NCBI GenBank assembly: GCA_007376135.1
Contig: VMFR01000001.1
Coordinates: 379,016-443,015 of the forward strand
Source of the DNA: Parcubacteria group bacterium Gr01-1014_31
Lineage (GTDB): Bacteria; Patescibacteriota; Patescibacteriia; Buchananbacterales; GWA2-38-13
Direction: 5' to 3'
DNA length: 64,000 nucleotides
Position 1 is the stretch's first letter, and each line of letters opens with the position of its first letter. This document shows positions 42,210 through 51,464 of this stretch, piece after piece. The position numbers and the translations under genes are program-made. The notes below the pieces were generated by a model. It was given only the letters and a program-made list of their open reading frames with translations. It had not been told where the DNA came from and searched no databases.

Positions 42210-43987
42210 AATGATGATGGCGTTGTGGTTACCTTCGGCTGCCCCTCCCCCGCCGGATTAAGAAACAGTTCGTAGACCTTGAACGCGGGTTGACCGTCCG
42301 CTGCGACAATCTCCGTGACTCTCCCCGGCGCTCCCCCGTCAAGCATTCGCTGCAGACCGGCTCCGATCTTTTTGCTTGCCAACTGCTCCCCCTCCTGGGC
42401 GGCCCACGGGTCGTAGACGCGGGGGTTGTTGCCGATCACCACGTAGGCGGTGCGAATGCCGGCCCGCGCCAGCCGCGGCAGCCAATCCTCCCCGAGACCG
42501 ACGACCACGTCGGTCGGCAGCAACAGCGCATCAACATCGTGGTACACGCGGTAACGCCGCAGATACCAAAAGGCCGAAAACCACGTCAGCCCGTCGTCGT
42601 ACAGCAGGACGTCCTCGCCGGCCGTGAGATGAATATTCTGCCACTCTTCGTAGGTGGCAAACGACCGCACGGCGGGCCGGTAGGTCGGGCTTTGCGCCAA
42701 TTTTGGCAGCAGGTAAGCGACCAATTCCTGAAAACCCAAGCGCTCCTGGCGGTAGGCGGCAAAATGGCGGCCGCGGGTACCGTAGGCTGCCAGGACGAGA
42801 TTGGTATTCCAATTAAACAGGAGTTCGACTCCGGCGGCAACTGCCGCCAAGACAATGATGGCAAGGGCCGCGTTCTTTCTTGACCCGCTGTTCCAGCGCG
42901 CGATCGCGGCAAGCGCCGCTGCGGAAGGCAGCACCAGCCATGGCACCAGAATGGGCAGATAGCGCAAACTGGGCGCCGTCAGCGCGAAGAACGCGGTTGC
43001 TGAAACCAGGGTGAAGAGCGGCAGCAGGTCGCGATTGCGGCGGCTGCCGCGCACCACGCTCCAGGCCGAGAACGCAAGCCCGGCGGCCAGCAGCAGGACG
43101 AACGGCGGCGAGAAAGCTTTGCTAAGGCTCAACCCCAGGTCGCGCAAATTCACGGCGATATTTCTCGTCCGCGGCCCGTCGAACAAGAGCGGCCAATCGC
43201 GGCTGGCCGCTTCCAACGACGAAGGCACCAAGGTCGTGAGCTGCACGTCCAGGTGGCCGCGGGCAAGCCACATCTGCCAGTTGTAGGTGACTACGGGCGA
43301 CAACAGCGCCACAACCACCCCCAAGGAAAGCCAGAACCGACGGTCAGAGAGCCACGCGCGGTGCCGCAGCAGCAGCAACGCGCCAAAGACGGGGATGAGG
43401 ATGAGCGCGCTGTACTTGGAAAGAATGGCCAGCGCCAGTCCCGCTCCCCAGACCGGGAGGAATCGCGAATCGCTTTCTGCTTTCAGCCACAGCCAGACGG
43501 CCAACAAAATGAACGCCTGCGTAACGCCCTCGAGGTAGCCGATACGGCTGGACCAGGTGAAGAACGTGGACACGGAAAGCAACGCGGCGGCAAGCAGCCC
43601 CATGGCCGGTCCGCCGCAGCGCCGGCCAATGCCATAAATGAGCAGCACCGACCATACGCCAGCGAGGGCGAACGGCAGCAGCGCGACCACATCGCTCTCG
43701 CCCAACAGCCGGAAGAACGCGTGCTGGATGAGAAAGACCAGCGGCGGGTGGTCGTGCATGGAAAACTTGGTCCACAACGGCGGTGCGATGGGTGCAAACC
43801 ACTGCAGCGGCGTGGTCTGGCGCGCCGAATCCAAGAAATCAAAGTACCCGAGCGCGCGCAGCGCGTAGTGGCCGGCATCCGTCTGCACGTCGGCGCGGTT
43901 CAACCGAAAAAAAATCAGCCCGCCGGCGATTACCGCGATTACCAACAGCACGAGGTGTTCCCGCCGTATGCGGAACGTTGATTTCAT
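42206..43987 (-). CDS. GT-C fold glycosyltransferase, ArnT/PMT-like (third copy)
   Basis: 593 aa polytopic: FRLNRADVQTDAGHYALRALGYF...HDHPPLVFLIQHAFFRLLGESD...LSKYSALILIPVFGALLLL. Confidence 0.7.
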   Translation of the reverse strand: MKSTFRIRREHLVLLVIAVIAGGLIFFRLNRADVQTDAGHYALRALGYFDFLDSARQTTPLQWFAPIAPPLWTKFSMHDHPPLVFLIQHAFFRLLGESDVVALLPFALAGVWSVLLIYGIGRRCGGPAMGLLAAALLSVSTFFTWSSRIGYLEGVTQAFILLAVWLWLKAESDSRFLPVWGAGLALAILSKYSALILIPVFGALLLLRHRAWLSDRRFWLSLGVVVALLSPVVTYNWQMWLARGHLDVQLTTLVPSSLEAASRDWPLLFDGPRTRNIAVNLRDLGLSLSKAFSPPFVLLLAAGLAFSAWSVVRGSRRNRDLLPLFTLVSATAFFALTAPSLRYLPILVPWLVLPSAAALAAIARWNSGSRKNAALAIIVLAAVAAGVELLFNWNTNLVLAAYGTRGRHFAAYRQERLGFQELVAYLLPKLAQSPTYRPAVRSFATYEEWQNIHLTAGEDVLLYDDGLTWFSAFWYLRRYRVYHDVDALLLPTDVVVGLGEDWLPRLARAGIRTAYVVIGNNPRVYDPWAAQEGEQLASKKIGAGLQRMLDGGAPGRVTEIVAADGQPAFKVYELFLNPAGEGQPKVTTTPSSL

Positions 43988-44036
43988 GAACGTATCCTAG
44001 CGAAAAAAACGGTCTGCGGCAAGGGACAATCCCGGT

Positions 44037-44072
44037 AAAAAACATTCCCCCGGGGGCGTATGCCCCCGGGGG
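44037..44072 (-). terminator. Rho-independent terminator after the giant surface-protein gene
   Basis: Minus-strand reading CCCCCGGGGGcatacgCCCCCGGGGG (10-bp GC stem) followed by aatgTTTTTT. Confidence 0.55.
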
Positions 44073-44117
44073 AAATGTGCTCCGCGAACGGTCCGACCGT
44101 TCAGCTAGTCCCTACGA

Positions 44118-47100
44118 TTAGGGGTAGTTGAAGGTGGCGTCCGTCGAGGTGGCGTTCAAACGCGAGGTCGCGCTGGCGCCACTCTTGACGCGGTAACCGT
44201 TGAACCATTGCTCGGAAGTGGTCGCCGTGCCCGAGGCAACGCCGACTGCCCCCATGATGGAGGCATCACTCCAGATGAAGTGGTTCTTGTTGTCCTGGTT
44301 ACCGGTGTAGAGCAGCAATGCGCTGTCCGGGTAGGTGGACGTCGCGTTGGACGCGCCGCCCGGGAAAGCCGCATCGCCGAGGAACGACAGTTCCAACACA
44401 CCGAAGCCGCTGGTCCCACCGCAACCGCCATCAGCCCAGCAGGCCAAGTCACCCTTGAGGGTGAAGACCTTGGACTGACCGGCGATGACGCGGTAGGGAG
44501 AAACGGTCAGGTTGCCCGCCGCCGGCGCATTGCCGTCGGAGGTGAACCACAGCAGGAACACATCGTCCCGGCGGGAGTTCGTGACCGTCATGGTCTGCGC
44601 AGCGGTCGTCGTCGCGGCGATCTGCTGCGAACCATCCACGTAGATCTTCGGATTGGTCAACGTCGCGCGCTGCTGCGAGACCAGGAAGCCGACCTGGAAC
44701 AGGTAGACGTCACCGGCCGAGTCAGCCGCCACGCGGAACTTGTACAGGTCCTTGTTGGACCCGGACGTCAGCTTGCCCGGCACCAGTTTGTCGGAGCCGA
44801 GGTCGCCGTTGACCGTGACGGTCGGGACAGTGTGCATCACCGCCCAGTCGTTCAGGGTCGCACCACTCAAGGTGATCGCGGACGCAGCCAGCGTGGTGCC
44901 CGACTGGGCGCCTTTGGCCGTAACGTCCAAGGCGGCGTTGACCGTGAGCGTGAAGCCCTGGCCCGGGTCGCCGGTGGACGCCTGCGGATACCGCGTCACA
45001 GCGTTGGTGTCGATCTTGACCAAGATGTCCTTGGCCGCCGACGTCGTGACCATGATCGGGTTGGAGGTCACGTCGATGAGGACGGTGACGCGGCCCGAGA
45101 CGTTGGTCGTGGTCGGTTGCACGCCGCCCTCCGGGGTCAATCGGGTGCCACCATCGTACAGGTGGATGGCCCGGATCTGGTTGAAGGCGCTCTTGGTATT
45201 GCCCGTCGTGAGGTTGCGGGTCGAGGTGGCAGAAAGGTAGATCTTTTCCACCTTAATGGTCTCGCGCACCGACGTCATGCGGAAGATACCGGCCTCCAGA
45301 CCGGAGGTGTTGGCCGGCATCAGGCCAGCCTGGTAGTTCTGCGTCAACGCGGCAATCGTCAGGGTGCCGCCCGACTGCAGGGTCATGGTCTGACCGTCAC
45401 CCACGCTCAGCGTCACGGTCGCCGACTGGCCCGAGTCCTTGCCCGTGGCCGAGAACTGGCTGCCGGTCGCGTGCGGGGTAGGCAAACCAACGCGGATGCT
45501 GCCGGAGGTTGCCGCCGAGCTGACGTTGGCAATGACCTTGATGGTCTTGACCGTGCCCTTCGTCAGGATGAGCGGGTTGACGAACACGAACGTGGTCGTC
45601 GCGCCGCCAGCGGTTGCGCCGGTCGGGTCCGGGCTGGACGAGGTCTGCAGCGTAGTGGAGCCGTCCATGATGCGCCAGTTGGTGAAACCGTTGGGCGCCT
45701 GCGTCACGGTGAACAGCTCGGACTTCATCTGCGTGACCTTGATGTCCTCGCCGGAATCCGCGGCATCAAGCCGGAATTCGGCAAAGACCCAGTCCTGCGA
45801 ACCGCCAACGACGTTCTGCGCCACCGGCGTGTTGGAGACGGATACCGCCATCGCCGCGGTCTTCACCGTGTAGATGGCAGAGGTCTGCACGCCTGCCGGC
45901 GTCTTGTCGGCGGCCACCAGCGTTTCCCCCGTGTCCTGACCCTTGACGGTCATGGCGGTCGGGTGAATGCGCGCGCGGATCGTGTCATTCGCGCCGAAGT
46001 CTGCGTTCAGATCACCCTTAACGGTGATCGTGTGCACGCCCGGCGGCAGAATGAAGTTATCCGTGATGGTGGCAGTACCATATTCATCGGTCGCGGTATC
46101 CTCACCGATGTGGTCGGACGTCGGATCCACCGGACCACCGAGGACTTTGCCGGCGGAGTCCACCAGCTTGACCGAGGTGATGTCGCTGATCCGGGCGCCG
46201 GCCGTGGAGGTAGCCAGACGGAACTGGATACCGACCGACTCGAACGACAGCGATTCACCACGCACGTCAAAGTCGAACTTACCCAAGGTCACCTCTTTGG
46301 TGTCCTCGGCAATGTTCGAGTTGGTTGTGCCCGCAGTGGAACTCACCGCAACCGTCCCGCGGCTGATGGTGATGGTCGCCCCCTGGTTGTGGTAGGGCTC
46401 GCTGCTGTTGTTGAACGTCGGCGTCGGAGAGAACCCGAAGGTCTTGCCGATCGCAATGACGTCGTCCTGCTTCTTGATGTCCCAGCGAATCGTGCGGGCC
46501 GAACCGCTGACGATGTCGCCGCGCAGGTTGACCTGCTTGGACTTGCCCTTGGTCAGGACGATGGGGTTGGCGCGCAGGTCGAACGCGGCATCCTTGCTGG
46601 TTGCCTTGGCGACCGTCGCCACCACTACGCCGTCAATGACCAGATCGAGGTTGGTGACATCGCTGTCACCGGCCGTGCCGCCCTGGTTAAAGACGATGCG
46701 GGTCACATTGACGTCTTCGGCCGAACCGGCGGTTACCCGCAGGCCGGTGAAGATGAAGTCGGTGGTGCCGATCTTCTGCGTCGAATTGGACGGATTGTCC
46801 GAACCCGTCGTGACCGTCAGCGAACCGATGACCACGGTGTTATTCAACGTCTGGTAGTTGCCAAACAGCGGCAAGCCCGCACCGACCTGCACCGTGGAGC
46901 CCTTCATGACGATGGACCTGATGCCCAAGGTCGGGACTTCACCGGCGTAGTTGGTGAGCGCTGCCGCCATGTTGCCGGCAATGATGATCCGGCGGGTCGT
47001 ACCAGCCTTGACCACGATGTCTTCGTTGAAGACCGCCTGGTGGTCAGTGTTGAGGGTCTTGGAGGTGTTGGACAAGCGTGAGTCCGTGTCGGCATCCCAC

Positions 47101-47927
47101 AAAAGGATACCGGCGAACGCGCCGTCCTGGGCCGCGCCGCCGCCGCGCTCCACGACCACCTGATCGATGGTGGCATCACCGTCCGAAGAGGCGGTGAAGT
47201 TCACGATGGTGAACGGGACGCGGATGGCGTTCTGGACCACGATGCCCGAGGCCGGCGTATCCGACGCCAGGGCCAGGGTCAGCGTGGAGCCGACCGGACC
47301 GGTCGGAACGGTGACCGTGCCAGACAGACCCTTATCCGTGCTGATGTCCGGGGACGAAGCCTGCTGTGCCACCCGGTCGAACTCCGAAGCGGAATTGACC
47401 TTCTTGGGGGTCACTCCGTCGGTCTCGACGGCGACGCTGTAGTTGGCGAAGAACGCATCCGGCAGGTCGTTGATCTCCTTGTTCCACATGCTGCCGTACA
47501 GCGCGGTCGCAACGGCTTCCGTGGCGACATGCCACAGGACGCCGCCCTTGGCGACGACGTAGACGCGCGGGTCGGTCGTCACCTTCAACATCTTCGTGCC
47601 GGGCCGGTAGTTGACGTTCCCGCCGATCAAGTAGGATTCCAATTCGGTCTTGGCGATCTCCTTGACGGTCGAGAAGTTGGCGTACCAGGTTTTGTACGTT
47701 TTTTCATCCGGGAAAACGTAACGCTTCCCATTGCTCGCCAGGTAGTAGACCGAACGGCAAGGATCGGTCGGACCGGCAACGCCGACGCACTTGAGTTTGA
47801 TCAAGTCGCCTGGCATTGCCGCGCCCAAGGCGATGGAAACGCCCATCACCCCTACCGACCATGCGATGGTCGTACCGGCTACGGTGTAGGTAAGCGCACG
47901 CTTTACCCGCTTGGTAAAGTTGCTCAT
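44118..47927 (-). CDS. Giant secreted Ser/Thr/Gly/Val-rich beta-repeat surface protein (S-layer/adhesin-like, unknown function)
   Basis: 1269 aa; N-terminal signal/anchor KRALTYTVAGTTIAWSVGVMGVSIALGAAMPG; distinct N-terminal domain (CRSVYYLASNGKRYVFPDEKTYKTWY); then low-Cys Thr/Ser-rich repeated beta-type modules with many N-x-S/T sequons and Thr/Ser clusters. Confidence 0.6.
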   Translation of the reverse strand: MSNFTKRVKRALTYTVAGTTIAWSVGVMGVSIALGAAMPGDLIKLKCVGVAGPTDPCRSVYYLASNGKRYVFPDEKTYKTWYANFSTVKEIAKTELESYLIGGNVNYRPGTKMLKVTTDPRVYVVAKGGVLWHVATEAVATALYGSMWNKEINDLPDAFFANYSVAVETDGVTPKKVNSASEFDRVAQQASSPDISTDKGLSGTVTVPTGPVGSTLTLALASDTPASGIVVQNAIRVPFTIVNFTASSDGDATIDQVVVERGGGAAQDGAFAGILLWDADTDSRLSNTSKTLNTDHQAVFNEDIVVKAGTTRRIIIAGNMAAALTNYAGEVPTLGIRSIVMKGSTVQVGAGLPLFGNYQTLNNTVVIGSLTVTTGSDNPSNSTQKIGTTDFIFTGLRVTAGSAEDVNVTRIVFNQGGTAGDSDVTNLDLVIDGVVVATVAKATSKDAAFDLRANPIVLTKGKSKQVNLRGDIVSGSARTIRWDIKKQDDVIAIGKTFGFSPTPTFNNSSEPYHNQGATITISRGTVAVSSTAGTTNSNIAEDTKEVTLGKFDFDVRGESLSFESVGIQFRLATSTAGARISDITSVKLVDSAGKVLGGPVDPTSDHIGEDTATDEYGTATITDNFILPPGVHTITVKGDLNADFGANDTIRARIHPTAMTVKGQDTGETLVAADKTPAGVQTSAIYTVKTAAMAVSVSNTPVAQNVVGGSQDWVFAEFRLDAADSGEDIKVTQMKSELFTVTQAPNGFTNWRIMDGSTTLQTSSSPDPTGATAGGATTTFVFVNPLILTKGTVKTIKVIANVSSAATSGSIRVGLPTPHATGSQFSATGKDSGQSATVTLSVGDGQTMTLQSGGTLTIAALTQNYQAGLMPANTSGLEAGIFRMTSVRETIKVEKIYLSATSTRNLTTGNTKSAFNQIRAIHLYDGGTRLTPEGGVQPTTTNVSGRVTVLIDVTSNPIMVTTSAAKDILVKIDTNAVTRYPQASTGDPGQGFTLTVNAALDVTAKGAQSGTTLAASAITLSGATLNDWAVMHTVPTVTVNGDLGSDKLVPGKLTSGSNKDLYKFRVAADSAGDVYLFQVGFLVSQQRATLTNPKIYVDGSQQIAATTTAAQTMTVTNSRRDDVFLLWFTSDGNAPAAGNLTVSPYRVIAGQSKVFTLKGDLACWADGGCGGTSGFGVLELSFLGDAAFPGGASNATSTYPDSALLLYTGNQDNKNHFIWSDASIMGAVGVASGTATTSEQWFNGYRVKSGASATSRLNATSTDATFNYP

Positions 47928-48191
47928 TACAATGATTATTGGTTACGTTCCTCCGCCGCACGGAAGTGGACCGACAACCGATTTGGAATACTGCCGGGCG
48001 CTGCCGTCCTCCGGGGGTTAAACCGGAATCGACCTTTGACGGTACGCCGGACAGCTCGGCTGCTGCCCTGCATCCCACGCAACGGATGAACTGTTAAAAC
48101 AACGACCGGGTTGCCAACGCCTGCAGTCCCCTTTCAGGCCGCCGGCGCCGATATCGTTCGTGCTCGCCCCAAATAGCGACACGATGACCAG

Positions 48192-48222
48192 AAAAAACCG
48201 ACGGCTTTCGCAAGCTGTCGTG
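48192..48222 (-). terminator. Probable terminator of the sigma/anti-sigma operon
   Basis: Minus-strand reading GACAGCttgcgaaaGCCGTC followed by ggTTTTTT. Confidence 0.4.
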
Positions 48223-48290
48223 TCGCCATTGTACCAGGAGAATTAACATTCATAAAACAAACCCTCTTGTGGATAATGGAATATCTCGGC

Positions 48291-49343
48291 TTACGGCAGC
48301 AGCCCCTGGGTCGTCTCACCGGCCAGGTTGTTATCACCGGCGGTCGGCACCGTTTCCGCGGTTGTGGAAGACGTGCCGCCATCGGTTGCCGCCTCCGGGG
48401 CCGCCGCGGGCTTGGCGGGCTCCAACTGCTGGCGCACGCTGTTGATGATACCAAGTGCTTCCGTGAAATTCCCGGCGGCAAGAGCTGCCTGGGCGGTGTC
48501 CAGCGCGTGGGCAAGCGTTGGCGCTGCCACCGCAACGGTGGTCGTCGCAACAGGATCAACTTGCGGTAGTTGCGCGCGCAGACGCTCCACTTTTTCGTTC
48601 AAATAGCGGCGCACGTCATCGGTCGGCAACTCCTGGCTGCTGCTGGCCGTGGCGCTGATGGCCGCCTCCAGGGTGCTGAAACTCGTTTGTTCCGCTGCCA
48701 TTAACGCTTCGTGGACGACCTGGTTCACCTCGTCGCCGCTGCCGCCGTCATTTTGCAGCTGCTGGGCAAGCTCAGTGCCGGCCTGCTCCACGGATACGGC
48801 CATCTTGAACGCGGCGCGCTGGTCGGCCGGCAAGCGCTGCAAGTCCTTCCGCATGGACGCAACCTCCTCGGCAAACCGCGTCACTACGCGGGAAACTTCT
48901 TTGGGCGTACTGCGACGATCGGCCTGGCGGGAGACCAGGTGGCCAAGTTCTTTGACGCGGTTACGCGCGAATTCCAGCTTCAATTCCGCCTTGCGGGTGG
49001 TGTCGCTGACCATCGCCAGCTGGGTGCGCTCGAACGCCAATTTCATCCGGTAGAGCGGCTCGCCCGGCAGGCTATAGAAGGCCGCATTGACCATCAGGCT
49101 ACTGACCATGACCGCGCCCAGCACCGCCACGAAGCTGACCACCGGCTGGCGGACGAACTGGGTAACGGACTGCCAGAACCGCGTCGTCACGCTCCAGGTT
49201 GCGGCTGGCAGCACCACCGGCATTACCTCGCCCTGACGCCGGACTTCCGCCAACAGCAGATCGTGGGTAGCCGAAACCCAGTCGGCCCGAGGGGCGACTT
49301 TTTGCAGCTGACGCAGGGAATCGATGACGTTACGACGGTTCAT
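48291..49343 (-). CDS. Putative anti-sigma factor (single-pass membrane protein downstream of and overlapping the ECF sigma gene)
   Basis: Cytoplasmic N-terminus, one TM helix (VVSFVAVLGAVMVSSLMVNAAFY), Ala/Gln-rich extracytoplasmic domain. 14-nt overlap with the sigma gene. Confidence 0.5.
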   Translation of the reverse strand: MNRRNVIDSLRQLQKVAPRADWVSATHDLLLAEVRRQGEVMPVVLPAATWSVTTRFWQSVTQFVRQPVVSFVAVLGAVMVSSLMVNAAFYSLPGEPLYRMKLAFERTQLAMVSDTTRKAELKLEFARNRVKELGHLVSRQADRRSTPKEVSRVVTRFAEEVASMRKDLQRLPADQRAAFKMAVSVEQAGTELAQQLQNDGGSGDEVNQVVHEALMAAEQTSFSTLEAAISATASSSQELPTDDVRRYLNEKVERLRAQLPQVDPVATTTVAVAAPTLAHALDTAQAALAAGNFTEALGIINSVRQQLEPAKPAAAPEAATDGGTSSTTAETVPTAGDNNLAGETTQGLLP

Positions 49344-49914
49344 GGGTGGATGGGGTCGTAGTTGCGGGATCGTTGAACTGCGTGCGAATTATTTGGAGGG
49401 CTCGGAAGAGGATGACTCGGACCGCCCCTTTTGATTTACCGACGATATCGGCAATCTCACCGATGGAGAGTTCTTCCACGTACCGCAGCAGCACGACATC
49501 CTTGTACTCGTCCTTGAGCTGCCGAACGGCGTTGGCAATGTCGACCAGTTCCACCGAGCGTTCGATCTGCTGGAACAGACGCTGCTGATGGTGGTCGACC
49601 GCATCCAGCAGAACGTCGGTGTCCAGGCTGACATCCTGGCTGGCGCGCTGCCGGTAATGGTCGATGACCAGGTTCCTCGCGATCTGGTACAGCAGCGCCC
49701 CAATACTCTGAACGCTGCGTTGCTGCTGGTACAGGTATTGCCACGCGCGCAGGAAAACGTCCGCGCTCAGGTCTTCCGCCTCTTCATGGGTTCTCACCTT
49801 GAAGAGGATGAAGCGGTAGATCCTTGCAATGTACTCGTTGTAGAGCTCACTGAAAGCGGCACTGTCGCCGGAGGCGATCCTGTGCGCCAGGTGATGCTGC
49901 TGAATCTTGTTCAT
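49330..49914 (-). CDS. ECF (sigma-70 family group IV) RNA polymerase sigma factor
   Basis: Region 2 FSELYNEYIARIYRFILFKVRTHEEAEDLSADVFLRAWQ; region 4 ELSIGEIADIVGKSKGAVRVILFRALQ. Confidence 0.85.
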   Translation of the reverse strand: MNKIQQHHLAHRIASGDSAAFSELYNEYIARIYRFILFKVRTHEEAEDLSADVFLRAWQYLYQQQRSVQSIGALLYQIARNLVIDHYRQRASQDVSLDTDVLLDAVDHHQQRLFQQIERSVELVDIANAVRQLKDEYKDVVLLRYVEELSIGEIADIVGKSKGAVRVILFRALQIIRTQFNDPATTTPSTHEPS

Positions 49915-49920
49915 CTAAAC

Positions 49921-49947
49921 AGACGTAACCAGCGAAAAAACGTTACA
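49921..49947 (-). promoter_or_regulatory. Candidate ECF-type autoregulatory promoter TGTAAC-N16-CGTCT, ending 6 nt before the sigma start codon (leaderless?)
   Basis: Minus-strand reading cgTGTAACgttttttcgctggttaCGTCTgtttagATG; resembles sigX/sigW-class AAC-N16/17-CGT promoters. Confidence 0.4.
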
Positions 49948-50057
49948 CGCGGTAGGGGTAACAATACTTATTTTTATTGATTTTGTCAAAAGGGGACTTA
50001 ACAAGGCCAATTTTCAATGAACGGATCCACAAAATCGATGAATCATAGTACTGAAAC

Positions 50058-50100
50058 TGGACAAGATAGTAACTATATGTCTACAATATTCTAGACATAT
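50058..50100 (+). promoter_or_regulatory. Promoter TGGACA-N18-TACAAT with a 9-bp perfect inverted-repeat operator (ATATGTCTA-N8-TAGACATAT) overlapping the -10
   Basis: Lies in a 250-bp AT-rich island immediately upstream of the HTH gene. IR arms at 50075-50083 and 50092-50100. Confidence 0.45.
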
Positions 50101-50103
50101 ACA

Positions 50104-50391
50104 GTGGATATGGCAGATGAAATACTAAGGGTTTCTATCTCTGAAGCGGCAAAATTCTTTGGCATTGACCAACGAACGATTCGGCGCGCGATCAAATCCG
50201 GCGAACTTTCGTATGTCATCGTGCGCGGCCGCTATCGCATTACCTTCAAGAGCCTGCTGCAGTGGTCGCAGGGAAAGCCGGCCGTGCGCAACAAGCTGAC
50301 CTCCCGCGGCGTGGGGCAATTCGTTGACCGCTGGAAGATAACCAACACGCACTTCAGCCCCAACCCGGCGCTGCTCAAACCGCGCCAATAA
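50104..50391 (+). CDS. Excisionase-family helix-turn-helix DNA-binding protein (HTH_17-like)
   Basis: ISEAAKFFGIDQRTIRRAIKSGELSYVIVRGRYRI matches the excisionase/MerR-like HTH signature. The first 60 nt of the gene are AT-rich, unlike the surrounding sequence. Confidence 0.7.
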   Translation: MDMADEILRVSISEAAKFFGIDQRTIRRAIKSGELSYVIVRGRYRITFKSLLQWSQGKPAVRNKLTSRGVGQFVDRWKITNTHFSPNPALLKPRQ

Positions 50392-50395
50392 CCGA

Positions 50396-50427
50396 ACAAA
50401 AAAAACCGGCCTACCGCCGGTTTTTTT
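50396..50427. terminator. Bidirectional rho-independent terminator (A7-CCGGC-ctacc-GCCGG-T7)
   Basis: aaaaaaaccggcctaccgccggttttttt lies between the convergent HTH gene and the membrane-protein gene. Confidence 0.5.
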
Positions 50428-50441
50428 CGTTGCCGAAAATG

Positions 50442-51458
50442 TTATTGGGTGAGCGCGGGAAAACGAATGATCATCTCCACGCAGGAGATCGCAACGTCGC
50501 ACTTGGCCGTCAACAGCACCACGGCAAGCGATGCGACGCTGATGACCACGTACCGCAGCACGACCCGACGGTCCAGGCTGCCCAGCAGCTGGTTGCGGCT
50601 GCACCCTGACGCCACGTACCATCCGGCGGTCAGCACGAGTGAGCCGACATACACGCTGGTGGGCAGGAAACTGACGGCCCACAGCAGCTCCATGGTCAAG
50701 AGCGGCATGACGACCAGGTATGGCCAGCCACGCTCCATCGCTATCCCCAGCGCCCACAGCCCCTGGTACGTCAAGAGCAGCGCAATGCCGGCCAACAGCA
50801 GCGCTGCCAGCCACAGGGGGAACGAAAAAAATACCATCAGCCAGAGCAGTCCGGCGGCGTAGAGAAAGTACGTCACCATCGAAAGGTAGCTGGCGATGTT
50901 CACGGGCGCATAGTCCTGATGTTTCTCGGGCTCATGGAATGCGAGGTACAGGTCCTCCAGCGCAACGAACAGCAACAGGGCGAACACCCCCGCCACCAAA
51001 CGGCGGAACCAATACCCTTCCAGTGCCAACAACAGCAGCACTTCCCCCGCCGCCAGGTACACGGGAGTGAGCGTCTGCGGCAGCAAAGTGATGCGGCGCG
51101 CCGCAAAGACAACCAGCGTCCCCGCGGATATCAGAACGACTGCCGTGACCACCCATGGCAGCTGCGTCACGCTGGTGTCGCCTTCCGCCTCCGTCACCGT
51201 CAGTACCTGCTGGAATCCGAGCAGCGGCGTACTGATGACCAGCAGCACGCCACCCAACAGTAAGCCGGCGCTGGTCAGCGGCCGCGCGGCCAGGCGGGTG
51301 AGGCCCGGCCGCACCAGCATCACCGTCACTCCCGACACCAGCAACCCAACGACAGTAACCACCCACGGCAGGCTATCGGGCACCGCGAACAGATGCCCCA
51401 TCAGCACCAGCACGGCCAATGGCGTCAAAAGCGTCGCAAAATGGACCAGCTTGCGCAT
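50442..51458 (-). CDS. Polytopic membrane protein of unknown function
   Basis: 338 aa, about 10 predicted TM helices, no recognisable catalytic motif. Confidence 0.45.
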   Translation of the reverse strand: MRKLVHFATLLTPLAVLVLMGHLFAVPDSLPWVVTVVGLLVSGVTVMLVRPGLTRLAARPLTSAGLLLGGVLLVISTPLLGFQQVLTVTEAEGDTSVTQLPWVVTAVVLISAGTLVVFAARRITLLPQTLTPVYLAAGEVLLLLALEGYWFRRLVAGVFALLLFVALEDLYLAFHEPEKHQDYAPVNIASYLSMVTYFLYAAGLLWLMVFFSFPLWLAALLLAGIALLLTYQGLWALGIAMERGWPYLVVMPLLTMELLWAVSFLPTSVYVGSLVLTAGWYVASGCSRNQLLGSLDRRVVLRYVVISVASLAVVLLTAKCDVAISCVEMIIRFPALTQ

Positions 51459-51464
51459 AGCAGG

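Noticed and set aside
44208-47081. 957-aa plus-strand ORF and many other long ORFs antisense to recognised genes (for example 24172-25335+, 35733-37067+, 10740-12101+, 8151-9569-, 53611-55008+, 54104-55231+, 56926-58137-, 22460-23404+, 20201-21655+, 2495-3322+, 5735-6565+)
   Set aside because: Each lies opposite a gene with clear family-level homology (surface protein, AsnB, sugar dehydrogenase, MT-GT2 fusion, phosphoglycosyltransferase, RarA, UppS, acetaldehyde dehydrogenase, RfbF and so on). The products are Arg/Ala/Gly/Pro-rich low-complexity sequence, typical of stop-codon-poor antisense frames in high-GC DNA.
44118-47927. N-linked protein glycosylation, suggested by many N-x-S/T sequons in the giant protein
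   Set aside because: None of the three GT-C proteins shows an STT3/PglB-type WWDYG motif; they look like ArnT/PMT-type enzymes, so O-linked or lipid-linked glycosylation is the better-supported inference.
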